From Malacoraja senta (lineage: Eukaryota), in assembly GCA_038087875.1 (NCBI GenBank), contig CM075990.1, positions 7,380,001 through 7,440,000 on the forward strand: DNA of 60,000 bases, given 5' to 3'. Shown in pieces: positions 1 through 10,839 of the stretch. Position 1 is the stretch's first letter, and each line of letters opens with the position of its first letter. The notes beneath the pieces are model-generated. The model saw only the letters and a list, made by a program, of their open reading frames with translations, was not told the DNA's origin and did no database searches. Both the position numbers and the translations under genes were made by a program.

Positions 1-103
1 CTGTAAGGCAGCAACTCTACCGCTGTGACACCGTGGCCACCGTGGCCATTCTCTTGAATCCTTTCCTATCTCCTTTATTACTGTAATGTTTTTTAGAGTT
101 ATA

Positions 104-735
104 AAATTAGCACTTGATGGAAACAGTCCCTCTGGCCCAGCGAGTTCATGCTAACTACACAGCACCTTTACAATAATCTAGCATTCATCTATTTTTTTTT
201 AAATTCTCCTAATTTCTTCATCAACTCCCCTAGATTCCTACCCCTCTCTTAAGAGGAGCAATTCCCAGCAGCCAATTAACTTACCAACCCACACATCTTT
301 CACTGTGTGTATAACTCGTTATCACGTACCACACAGCCCACAATGGATCATTGTGGGTTCCACCTTTCCTTGATCAATGTTTATTTTTGCATATCTCTCG
401 TTCATTTGTTGCGTGTGCCATCCATACCTCTCGTTTCCCTTTCCCCTGACTCTCAGCCTGAAGATGGGTCTCGACCCGAAACAACCCCTATTCCTTTTCT
501 CCAGAGATGTTGCCTGACCCGTTGAGTCTATCTTCGGTGTAAACCAGCATCTGCAGTTCCTTCCTACACACATCTTTGGGATGTGGGAGGAAACAAGAGC
601 ACTCAGAGGAAACTCACGTGGTCATAGAACGAATATGTATACTCCACATAGAGACCAAGCCAAAGGTCAGGATCAAACTCATATCCCTGGTACTGTCAGG
701 CAAGGATTCTCCGAGCCGTACCACTGCGCCACTGT
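104..735 (-). mobile_element. HE1-like V-SINE, degenerate, split by a Penelope pLTR fragment (~330-573)
   Basis: 3' part ggaaacagtccctctggccc (~120) and 5' part gtcaggatcaaac...ccactgcgccactgt (~665-735) match the SINE copies elsewhere in the window. Confidence 0.65.
330..573 (+). mobile_element. Penelope-like pLTR fragment with hammerhead motif
   Basis: ctgaagatgggtctcgacccgaaac at 458-482, followed by the family 3' end (ccagagatgttgcctgacccg...catctgcagttcc). Confidence 0.75.
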
Positions 736-1006
736 ATGATTTTAATTGCCCAATGTACCAAGATCTAGAATGGTTTGTGATCATTCCCCAACAGAATAGC
801 CGCCTCTTTTCACATTGTTATTGTCAGTCTCATGAATTGTAGCTCTCGATACCTACATCACTTTTCGATCAACATATTGTGTTCTCTCAGCTATGGGACA
901 CTCTGGACAGGACTGTCAATGGACAGAGCTGTGAATGAGCATTTAAAGAAATATTTGATTGAATTGCAGAAGATCTGGGCAATTAACCAATCTTAGTTAG
1001 CGACAG

Positions 1007-1105
1007 TACACAAAAATGCTGGAGAAACTCAGCGGGTGCAGCAGCATCTATGGAACGAAGGAAATAGGCAACGTTTCGGGCCGAAACCCTTCTTCAGACT
1101 TCATC
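1007..1105 (-). mobile_element. ~100-bp Penelope-derived mini-element with minimal hammerhead motif
   Basis: 12-bp TSD AGTTAGCGACAG (995-1006, 1106-1117); near-identical to the 3' end of 4909-6054. Confidence 0.9.
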
Positions 1106-1246
1106 AGTTAGCGACAGAGTGGGGGATATATAAAACTAATAGAAATGGCTTGTACAATTGTAAGGAGAATTGTGAATCCGGCATGATGTGAGAGATCAAG
1201 ACAACTGGTGAAGTTGCACCCTTTACAGTAATCTAGCATTCATCAA

Positions 1247-1529
1247 GGGCGGCACGGTGGCGCAGCGGTGGAGTTGCTACCTTACAGCGGCGGTGACCCG
1301 GGTTCGATCCCGACTACGGGTGCTGTCTGTATGGAGTTTGTACGTTCTCCGAGATCTTCGGTTTCCTCCCACACTCCAAAGACGTACAGGTATGCAGGTA
1401 AATTGGCTTGGTAAATGTAAACATTTTCCCTAGTGTGTGTAAGATATTGTTAATATGTGGGGATCGCTGGTCGGCGCAGACTTGGTGGGCCGAAGGGCCA
1501 GTTTCCGCGCTGTATCTCTAAACTAAACT
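1247..1529 (+). mobile_element. HE1-like tRNA-derived V-SINE, near full length
   Basis: A box tggcgcagcgg, B box ggttcgatcc (1301-1310), V-domain-like ggtttcctcccacactccaaagac, CR1-like tail gggccgaagggcc...tgtatctctaaactaaac. Confidence 0.9.
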
Positions 1530-1784
1530 GTGGTTGAGTAGTCTCAATGGCAAAGACTGTTGAGGAATATCAAGGGTACCACGGAAGAGACAGCTGATGT
1601 GGTAATTTATGAAATCACAAAATCAGTTAAGACAGTCTTGCTGAGTAATTTTACTTACTGAAGTGTGGAGTTGGATACAGAGTTTAAATTACTGGATAAG
1701 TTCTGCTTCAAATCCCAAAACATAAGCTGTGGAATTTAACTGAAGCTAATAATATGGAATTTGGGACAACATTAATGATGATTT

Positions 1785-2190
1785 TTAGTTTCAGAGAAAC
1801 AGCATAAAAACAGGCCCTTCAGCTGACCAACAATCAACCCGTACACCAGTTCTATCCTAAACATTGGGGGCAATTTATAGAAGCCAATTAACCTACAAAC
1901 CTGGACATCTTTGGTTTTGTGAGAGGAAACCGGAACACCTGGAAAAAACCCACGCAGGTCACGGGGAGAACGTACAACATCTGTACTGACAGCACCCAAA
2001 ATCAGGATCGAACCCGGGTCTCTGGCACTGTGAGGAGGCAACTCTGCCGCTGTTTGTAGGTTAATTAGCATCGGTAAGTTGTAAGACAATTGTCCCTAGT
2101 GTGTAGGATAGTGTTAGTGTGTGTGGTGATTGACTCGGTGGGCTGTAGGTCCTGTTTCTATGCTCTACCTAAAAAGTCTAAAGTCCAAAG
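1785..2190. mobile_element. V-SINE on minus strand (1785-2052) fused to a plus-strand SINE 3' half (2053-2190)
   Basis: gatcgaacccgggtctctggc on minus copy; gtaggttaatt...gtccctagtgtgtaggatagtg on plus copy. Confidence 0.75.
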
Positions 2191-2194
2191 GTTG

Positions 2195-2815
2195 GCTTGC
2201 AGAACACACGTCTTGATGAGCAAAGGCCTACTGGATCGCCAGGTTGCTAACTAGTTTAGCTCCTCTTTCCATTCCTGTGCCGACCTTTCTGTCCTCCATT
2301 GCCGGAGCATGGCCACAGACAAACTGGAGGAACAGCACCTCATATTCCGCTTGGGTAGTTTACAGCCCAACAGTAAAACCTCCAATTTTAGGTAACTGCA
2401 GTCCCCTCCCCACCCAAGCTTTTTTCCGCACCACCCCCTTTTTTTCACCTCCCGCTCCATCTCTGCCCTGTACCCCATCTGGACTTGCATCTACTTCTCC
2501 CTTCCCCCTCCCACCTCCATTCCTTCCTCTAGCTTCACAATTTGTAACTCTTCAATTCTTTTTTCTCACCTCTCTTTTCATCTCTAGTCTTTGTCCAACC
2601 ATCCGCCTATCAAAATACTCTCCTGTGTCGGCCTGCCAGGCTCTGCCCAGCCCCTCCCCTCTTCCAGCTTTCTTCCCCTCTACAATCAGTCTGAAGGAGG
2701 GTCCCAACCTGAAACATCACCCTTCCATGTTCTCCTGAGATGCTGCCTGACCCACTGAATTACTCCAGCAGCTTGTGCCATTTTTTCATAAACCAGCATC
2801 TGCAGTTCCTTGTTT
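2195..2815 (+). mobile_element. Degenerate Penelope-like 3' region (GIY-YIG C-terminus plus pLTR)
   Basis: Encodes KLEEQHLIFRLGSLQP; degenerate hammerhead ctgaaggagggtcccaacctgaaac at ~2691. Confidence 0.8.
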
Positions 2816-2820
2816 CTATA

Positions 2821-3210
2821 GTTCCCTGCAGTTCCCCCACCACGGGTACCATGTAATCTCGTGCTACCTGCTCCATGGTCGGATAGCCGGCGACTAAACC
2901 GTCTCCCCCACCTGGTTTGCCAGGTGAGGAGGGGGCTGTGGGCCCCCAGCAGGACCGAAAAAAAGACCTGTCAAAGGGCGGATGAGCTTCTAGTGAGCCA
3001 ACGGCCATCCACACTTCAGTGGAAGTTGCGATCACTGTCGTACACGGCATTGTAAGGAACGATGATAAAGCACACACACCAAAATCCTGTACTTCCAGCG
3101 GCGGAAGTCCGCAGGAACTGGAGGACAGAGATGTGTGGTGCGTCCGTCACCGTTCTGTCGGAAACCAGCACCACTGCGTCGCTAATGTTTTCAACGATGA
3201 TGAATGAATA
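2821..3210 (+). mobile_element. Probable RTE-derived non-autonomous (bipartite) retroposon
   Basis: RTE-5'UTR-like segment (ggcgactaaaccgtctcccccacctggtttgccaggtgagg) joined to a 3' end encoding ELEDRDVW and a gatgatgaatgaat tail; family recalled, not searched. Confidence 0.5.
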
Positions 3211-3227
3211 CCTGACCATGTCCTCAC

Positions 3228-3530
3228 CAAATTTATCTCTGCCTTAAATATATCCACTGACTTAACCTCCACAGCCTTCTGTGGCAAAGAATTCCACAGA
3301 TTCATCACCCTTTGACTAAATACATTTCTCCTCATCTCCTTCCTAAAAGAATGTCCTTTAATTCTGAGGTTATGACGTCTAGTCCTAGACTCTCCCACTG
3401 GTAGAAACATCCACATCCAGTCTATCCAAGCCTTTCACTATTCTGTATGTTTCAATGAGGCCCCCCTCCCTCATTCTTCTAAACTCTGGCGAGTACAGGC
3501 CCAGTGCTTTCAAACACTTAGCATATGTTA
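3228..3530 (-). mobile_element. CR1 (HER1-like) LINE ORF2 3' fragment
   Basis: GESRTRRHNLRIKGHSFRKEMRRNVFSQRVMNLWNSLPQ. Confidence 0.9.
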
Positions 3531-3889
3531 ACATCTCCCATCTCAGCGATTATAAGACCCAGCACATGAGAGCCAAAGATGAGGTTGTCGCATTCATAAG
3601 CCTGTGCAACCAGAAGTAATGAGTGCTTCCTCTGAGTGCATTACCATCACCAAAACCAATCATTAGCCAATTTGGTTCACTCCACATAATGCCAAGCACC
3701 AGCTAAGTGCACTAGATACAAGATTGGTCAATGCCCCAGCTGTATTAATGGCAATCTGTACTCCACTACCAGTATAGAGTCATACAGTGTGGAATCAGGC
3801 CCTTCGGACCAACTTGCCCACTTCGACCAACATGTCCCATCTACACTACAGCCACCTGTCTGCGTTTGGCCCCATATCTCTCTAACCAT

Positions 3890-4147
3890 AAACCAGTTGG
3901 GCCTCTGGAGTGTGGCATCAACGATCTCTCATATAACTGGTGGGGCTCATGTTGTCGCCATCCCCGTGGCGAGCCCTGTCAACTGACCTCAGTCAGGCGA
4001 ACGACAACAAACAGAGACAGCAGCAGCACCGCAGCTTGGTGCCAACCCGGAGCGTGCGCCCTTTTTAGGGCGGGCACCTACGGATGTCGAAGCGGACGGC
4101 ATCACCCTGCTGCAGACTTCTGCTGCCTCAAACGCAAGAAGAAGAAG
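3890..4147 (+). mobile_element. Vingi/Ingi-like LINE 3' fragment, indel-rich
   Basis: Ends ctgctgcctcaaacgcaagaagaagaag, a (GAA)n tail; CpG-rich. Confidence 0.45.
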
Positions 4148-4894
4148 TATAACTTGTATTGTGCATCACACTAAGAAGGGTGGTTCTGGCCATCCCAGGC
4201 CCAGCACAAACAACACTGCAGGAGATTCTCAGGAGAGTGTCGTAGGTCTAAACATCTTTAGATGTTTCAACAAGATATTTCATTTGACCATAAGGTCAGA
4301 AGTGGGAATGTAAGCTGATGATTGCACAGTGCATATTCCGATTCACAATTTCTCAGCAAATGAACCAAACCATTGCACCATAGATGCTGCCTCACCCGCT
4401 GAGTTTCACCAGCATTTTTGTCTACCTGCACTAAAAGACCTCTTCTGTGCCAGCTCCCCATTATTCAACCCCACCATTTTTCAAAAACCTCTCTCCACCT
4501 TAAATATTTCCAAAGATTCAGCCTCCACAACCATCCAGTGAAGAGAACTGCTGAGATTCACCTTCTTATTTTGTTTGGAGAAATGTCCACACTCCTCCAT
4601 CTAATTGCCCTGCAATTATCTTATAACTGCATTCTCTTGTTCGAGACCCTCCCACCGCTGAAAACATCTCAATATCTACTCTGTCCTGACCCCTCAGAAT
4701 CATGCATGCCTCAATAAGGCTCGCTGTCATTCTCCGAACACCAAGGAATACAGGCCCAACCTACCTAGCATCTGTATTCTTTTGGAGCAGCATGATAATG
4801 ACCAGATAATGTCTATTGATGTGGTTTCATAGATAAATATTGCTCCCAGGACTCTGAGGCATCTCCGCTGTTCTTTTTTATACCAAAGCACATA

Positions 4895-5653
4895 GTGCTG
4901 AATGAAAGGCCATTCCTTGACCTCACTATCTCCATCGCAGGTGATAGACTTCTTACCGACATCCACTACAAACCTACCGACTCCCATGGCTATCTGGACT
5001 ACACTTCTTCCCACCCTGCTTCCTGTAAGGACTCCATCCCCCACTCCCAATTCCTCCGTCTACGCCGCATCTGCTCCCAGGATGAGGCGTTCCACACCAG
5101 GGCATCCGAAATGTCCTCATTTTTCAGGGAACGGGGGTTCCCCTCCTCCACCATAGATGAGGCTCGCACCAGGGTCTCTGCCATACCCCGCAACACTGCT
5201 CACTCTCCCCATCCCACCACTCACAACAAGGGCAGAGTCCCCCTAGTCCTCACCTTTCACCCCACCAGCCGTCACATACAACAAGTGATCCTCCGTCAGT
5301 TTCGCCACCTCCAACGTGACCCCACCACTCGCCACATCTTCCCATCTCCCCCCATGTCTGCCTTCCGCAAAGACCGCTTCCTCCGTAACTCCCTTGTCAA
5401 TTCTTCCCTTCCCTCCCGTACCACCCCCTCCCCGGGTACTTTCCCTTGCAACCGCAAGAGATGCAACACTTGTCCCTTCACCTCCCCCCTCTACTCCATT
5501 CAAGGACCTAAGCAGTCGTTCCAGGTCCGACAGAGGTTCACCTGCATCTCCTCCAACCTGATCTATTGCATCCGCTGCTCTAGATGCCGGCTGATCTACA
5601 TCGGTGAGACCAAGCGGAGGCTCGGCGATCGTTTCGCTGAACACCTCCGGTAG
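4895..5653 (+). pseudogene. Penelope pol fragment: RT thumb plus GIY-YIG nuclease, premature TAG
   Basis: PFLDL...YKPTDSHGYLDYTSSHP...SQFLRLRRICS; C-x4-C-x2-C knuckle; NLIYCIRCSRCRLIYIGETKRRLGDRFAEH; homology continues past the stop. Confidence 0.92.
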
Positions 5654-6054
5654 GTCCGCAATAACCAACCTGAACTCCCGGTGGCTCAGCACTTCAACTC
5701 CCCCTCCCTATCCGTATCTGACCTCTCTGTCCTGCGTCTCCTCCATGGCCACAGCGAGCAACACCGGAAATTGGAGGAAATGCACCTCATATTCTGCTTG
5801 GGCAGTCTACATCCTGGGGGCTTGAACATTGAATTCTCCCAATTCTGCTAGCCCTTGCTGTCCCCTCCCCTTGATCAGCCCTCTGGTTGTCTCCTCCCCT
5901 CCCCCAGCCCTCGGGCTCCTCCTCCACCTTTTTTCCTTTCTTCTCCCCACCCCCTATCAGTCTGAAGAAGGGTTTCGGCCCGAAACATTGCCTGTTTCCT
6001 TCGCTCCATAGATGCTGCTGCACCCGCTGAGTTTCTCCAGCATTTTTGTGTACC
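4909..6054 (+). mobile_element. 5'-truncated Penelope-like element (RT C-terminus, GIY-YIG endonuclease, pLTR with hammerhead motif)
   Basis: 16-bp TSD TAGTGCTGAATGAAAG (4893-4908, 6055-6070); ORF 4895-5653; hammerhead motif at ~5961-5987. Confidence 0.95.
5957..5995 (+). ncRNA. Minimal type-I hammerhead ribozyme-like motif in the pLTR
   Basis: cagt-CTGAAGA-A-GGGT-TTCG-GCCC-GAAAC-ATT; this copy has ATT where sister copies have GTT or GTC. Confidence 0.7.
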
Positions 6055-6669
6055 TAGTGCTGAATGAAAGCTGCTCTGTTCAAATATTGAATGGGAATGA
6101 GAAAGCTGATCTTAAGCCAAACCTTTCGATGCATGAATGGCCTTGGATTGATAAATTGCCAAATCCATTCCGCCACTTAAAAAGCATAGGAGAGATAGAC
6201 TGGGAAATTATAGGCATTAGTCTGGCATCAACCAGGGAGAATTGACTGCAATCTGTTATTAGCAGCAGAATAACTGAGTATTTGAATAAACGAATTATCA
6301 GAGAGAAGTCATTATAGTGAAAGATGAGGGAGTTTCCATGGATATTATATGTGTTTCTCAAAGATGGTCATAAAATAATTGGTAATGACAATTAGAGTGC
6401 ATGGACTTGGAAGCAACCTTCTCAGGAGGAAAAGGGACTGGTTAGATCGGAGAGTAGGAATAACTGAGGTGCAATCAAATTAGCAGGGCATGACACATGG
6501 TTTATTCCAGCTCTGCGATCTCAACATTTCTCCGTATTATGAATTATTTAGAGAAAGAACCGTGAGCCAATAATCCGGTCGCTGGTGATCAAAAGTAGCG
6601 TGAATGGGAGCAGAAAGTTGCAGAGACATCAATTTGATTAAATGAGTGGGAAAAAACAGAAAAGATTAT

Positions 6670-6830
6670 ACTTTATTGCCTTCCATCACAGTGAAGAATG
6701 TGGGGAATCCGCTGTGGTGGATGTTTATGTTAACCTTTATGTACTTGTGTGCCTTACTTTTTTTTAGTATGGCTGTATGGTAATTCAAATATCACTGTAT
6801 CTTAATTGATACACAACTGGAGACCTTTGA
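6670..6830 (+). mobile_element. LINE 3' UTR (Rex1/L2-like) with (CCTTTGAAA)n tail, continued at 7633-7653
   Basis: Similar to 12700-13000 (tatggc/aattc-aatatcactgta-cttaattg-tacac...gacctttgaaacctttgaa). Confidence 0.6.
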
Positions 6831-7632
6831 TCTCCAGTTTTGGTCTCCAAATTTGAGGAAGGACATTCTTGCTATTGAGGGAGTGCAGCGTAGGTTCGCA
6901 AGGTCAATTCCCGGGATGGCGGGACTGTCATATGCTAAGAGAATGGAGCGGCTTGGCTTATATACTCTGGAATTTAGAAGGATGAGGGGGATATTATTGA
7001 GACATATAAGATTATTAAGGGTTTGACACGCTAGAGGCAGGAAACATGTTCCCGATGTTGGGGGAGTCCAGAACCAAGGGCCACAGTTTAAGAATAAGGG
7101 TTGACTGGCACTGGCCACTCAAATCAGCCACCCCGGACATGTTTATGATTGGTCTCACTGTATTTTAACGTTGTTTGTATCTATTTTAACTTATACTGTT
7201 CCATCAGGGACTGGATCGTTTTTTGTGTTGTTATTATTATGTGTGAAATGTTTTAAACTTCATGTGCGATGCTCCGGTATTCCCTGGGAAACGTCTTTTC
7301 GTTTTGCACTGCACAACTGTTGCTTGCAAGATGACAATAAAGGAATTGAATTGAATTGAATTGAATTAAGGCATTAAGAATGGAGACGAGGAAACACTTT
7401 TTCACACAGAGAGTCGTGAGTCTGTGGAATTCTCTGCCTCAGAGGGCGGTGGAGGCCGGTTCTATGGATACTTTCAAGAGAGAGCTAGATAGGGCTCTTG
7501 AAGATAGCGGAGTCAGGGGATATGGGGAGAAGGCAGGAACGGGGTACTGATTGGGGACGATCAGCCATGATCACATTGCTGGCTTGAAGGGCCGAATGGC
7601 CTACTCCTGCACCTATTGTCTATTGTCTATTG
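6831..7632 (+). mobile_element. CR1 (HER1-like) 3' end, interrupted at 7101-7368
   Basis: QFWSPNLRKDILAIEGVQRRF...GESRTKGHSLRIR; tail tattgtctattgtctattg. Confidence 0.9.
7101..7368 (+). mobile_element. Rex1/Babar-type LINE 3' UTR inserted in CR1
   Basis: atgacaataaag followed by (TTGAA)n tail; splits contiguous CR1 sequence. Confidence 0.6.
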
Positions 7633-7865
7633 AAACCTTTGAAACCTTTGAAAGTTAAGACAAGTTTCCTTGGATCAATGACTCGTAAGGAGAGTCTTGA
7701 TGGAAAAAGAAATCCAGTTCTTAAGGTTGTGAGGTAACTATCTCAATAATCCTAAAGAGGAAAGTCAACAATGTTCTCAATCACTGACATTTTCTAAATG
7801 TATCTTTGTTTTTTCTTTGAGATACAGCATGGAAACAATTTTCACCTCTCTGAGCTTAGTTCATA

Positions 7866-8188
7866 GTTTAAGTTAGAGAAACAGCTCGGAAACAGGCCCT
7901 TCGGCCCACCAAGTCCGCACCGACCAGCGATCCCTCGCACACTAACACTATCCGACACACACTAGGGACAATTTACAATTTACACTTATACCAAGCCAAT
8001 TAACCTTCAGACCTGTACGTCTTTGGAGTGTGGGAGGAAACCGAAGACCTCGGAGAAAACCCACGCAGGTCACTGGGAGAACGTACAAACTCCGCACAGA
8101 CAGCACCCGTAGTCGGGATCGAACCAGGGTGTCCGGCACTGCAAGCGCTGTAAGGCAGCAACTCTACCGCTGCGCCACCATGCCGCCC
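7866..8188 (-). mobile_element. HE1-like V-SINE, full length
   Basis: Reverse complement of 1247-1529. Confidence 0.9.
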
Positions 8189-8499
8189 TTGCTGTCAACA
8201 GATTTTTTGAAGTGTTATCACAATGATTTACACTGATAAGGGACTTTTATCACAGTTCGGCATCCATAACTGCTCGACTGGAGCATCATCATTGACACCA
8301 GTCCACGTAAAGAGAAACCAGGGCAAAAAAAACTCAAAGCGAAACGGCTTAAGAAAGAGCAGCAATCTGAACTGGTGAGTTGATGAGGTTTCAGGAAGGA
8401 ATTTCGGAATTTGGGCAGCTGTGATCCTATTTAGAGATTCAGAAAAGGCCAGGATTGAATTAACATAAGGATAGTGAAAAAAACGCGCTACCACAGCCA

Positions 8500-8762
8500 C
8501 GAGGAAGAAGGGTCTCAACCCAAAATGTCACCCATTCTTTCTATCCAGAGATGCTGCCCGTCCCGCTGAGTCCAGCACTGGGGTCAAGGAAGGAGCGTTC
8601 ACGTCGCGGCCCTGTTTCCACCAATCTTTCCACCACCACGCACAAGAAGCGCAAGAAGCCATCGTATGCAGATGCCGAGAAGTGTGTTCAGCTCTGGCTG
8701 AACAACTTCTAATCTTGTGTGTGCACTCGACAAGAAGAGACTCCAGCATTTTGTGTCTATCT
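8500..8762 (+). mobile_element. Penelope-derived short element split by a 164-bp insertion
   Basis: gaagaagggtctcaacccaaaatgtcaccc...gctgag [insert] ctccagcattttgtgtctatc. Confidence 0.75.
8578..8741 (+). mobile_element. Short LINE 3' end, Vingi/Ingi-like
   Basis: 7-bp direct repeat TCCAGCA (8571-8577, 8742-8748); reads ADAEKCVQLWLNNF* then cactcgacaagaagag. Confidence 0.5.
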
Positions 8763-8764
8763 AA

Positions 8765-9009
8765 AGGGCCTGTCCCACTTCACAAGGTAATTCACGAATT
8801 CTCCCGAGTTTTCCCCTGATTCAAACTCGCAGGATGTTCGTAACGAGTCCATAGGAGGCCGAAGGAGTTCGTAGATATATCGTAGCGGCTCGTTACGCTA
8901 GCCGTAGGTACTCGTGGCATCAGGTAAGTCGGGACGTTTTTTCATCCCGTTGAAAAATGCCCACGGGTAAAAAAATTGTCGGGATGACTCGTAAAGTGGG
9001 ACAGGCCCT
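8765..9009. mobile_element. PIF/Harbinger-type MITE
   Basis: TIR AGGGCCTGTCCCACTT at both ends; TAA/TAA TSD. Confidence 0.85.
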
Positions 9010-9076
9010 TAAACTTTGTAAGTTTGGAGGAGACTACAAAGATTGTAAAGGGTTGGAAAACAAAAAATCAGGTTGC

Positions 9077-9580
9077 CATAGAGTCATACGGCATGGACAC
9101 AGGCCCCTTGACCCAACTTGTCTATGCCAACCAAGGTGCCTCATCTAAGCAATTCCCATTTGCCTGCATTTGGCCCTTATCCCTCTAAATCCTTCCTGTC
9201 TATGTACCTGCCCATGTCTAGTAAAGGTTGTTATTGTATCTGCCTCAACTACCTCTTCCAGCAGCTCATTCCATATACCCACCACCCTCTGAGTGAAAAA
9301 CTTGCCCCTCAATCTTTCCCCTCCCACCTTAAATCTCTGAAGTCTGAAGAAGGGTCTCGACCTGAAACGTCACTTATTCCTTTTCTCCACAGACCCGCTG
9401 TTACTCCAGCTTTTTGTGTCTATCTTCGGTTCCCTCCTACACATTAAACCTATGTCCTCTGCTTCTTGATTCCCCAACCCTGGGAAAAAGTGAATGCAGC
9501 TTCTCTATTCTCTTCATCATTTTATAAATCTCTTTAAGATCAGCTCTTAGCATCCTGCGCTCCAAGGAATAAAGTCCTTG
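9077..9580 (-). mobile_element. CR1 3' fragment interrupted by a Penelope hammerhead fragment (~9338-9443, plus strand)
   Basis: FFTQRVVGIWNELLEEVVEA; inserted agtctgaagaagggtctcgacctgaaacgtcact. Confidence 0.8.
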
Positions 9581-9634
9581 GTGCCGATTAAATGGGAGCC
9601 AAAGTAGGTCAACGAACACAAGGAGCATTGGTGT

Positions 9635-9950
9635 CATAGAGTGATACAGTGTGATCAGCCCAATTGCCCACACCGGCCAACATGTCCCAGCTACACTAGT
9701 CCCACCTGCCTGCATTTGGTCCATATCCCTCCAAACCTGTCTTATCCATGTACCTGTCTGACTATATCTTAAACGATGGGATAGTCCCTGCCTCAACTAC
9801 CTCCTCTGGCAGCTTGTTCCATACACCCGCCACCCTTTCAGTGAAAAAGTTACCCCTCAGATTCCTATTAAATCTTTCCCCCTTCACCTTAAACCTATGT
9901 CCTCTGGTCCTCGATTCACCCACTCTGGGCCAGGGACTCTGTGAATCTAC
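9635..9950 (-). mobile_element. CR1 3' fragment
   Basis: PRVGESRTRGHRFKVKGERFNRNLRGNFFTERVAGVWNKLPEEVVEAGT. Confidence 0.9.
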
Positions 9951-10449
9951 CTGTTCTGTGAGCCAGCAGAGTTGGATGCACTCATCCATGGGTGGTGTGG
10001 GTGTGCAGTGTAAGTCCAGCCAGGATGGGGTAGCTGAGTACGGAGGTAACAAACTCTTTGGTGGGAACAGCAACAGGCAATGAGCTTAGAGAATTGCATG
10101 CAAGCATTTTAATGGTGAGGTTATGAAGTCCAATTTGATTATTTTACATCAGGTTGAATGATTGTAAATAACTTTCTGTCAGATTCAATTTGATGGCAAC
10201 ACTGTCAACAGTCTGCCTTGAATCCTGACATGGTGATGGGGACTGGTGTTGAGCAGGGAGGGCGGTTGTCAGTGGGGTTGAACCTACTGTCAGTGGGACT
10301 GCTGTCTGAGGCTGGTACAAGTGAGGTTAATGAAGGTGGACAAGGCATGTGTTAAGAGTCGAGATGGATCCTTGTCAGCTGGGAATCCCCCCCCTCCCTC
10401 CACTAAAAGTCAGTTAACCAGTTCCACAGTTCATAACAATGTATCTCAT

Positions 10450-10835
10450 AGCAACATATAACATTCTTAAGCGATTGGACAGGCTAGATGCAGGAAAAAT
10501 GTTCCCGATGTTGGGGGAGTCCAGAACCAGGGGTCACAGTATATGAATAAGGGATAGGCCATTTAGGACTGATATGAGGACATTTTTTTTTCACTCAGAG
10601 AGTTGTGAATCTGTGGAATTCTCTGCCGCAAAAGTCAGTGGAGGCCAATTCACTGGATGTTTTCAAGAGAGAGTTGGATATAACTCTTAGGGCTAATGGA
10701 ATCAAGGGATATTGGGAGGAAGCAGGAATGGGGTACTTACTGGATGATTAGCCATGATCATATTGAATGGAGTTCCTGGCTCGAAGGGCCGAATGGCCTA
10801 CTCCGGCACCTATTCTCTATGTTTCTATGTTTCTA
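10450..10835 (+). mobile_element. CR1 3' fragment
   Basis: ggggagtccagaaccaggggtcacag...ctgtggaattctctgcc; tail ctatgtttctatgtttctat. Confidence 0.9.
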
Positions 10836-10839
10836 TCCC

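Noticed and set aside
1247..1330. tRNA genes
   Set aside because: The A/B boxes belong to SINE heads that continue into V-domain and LINE-derived tails; no clean cloverleaf is evident.
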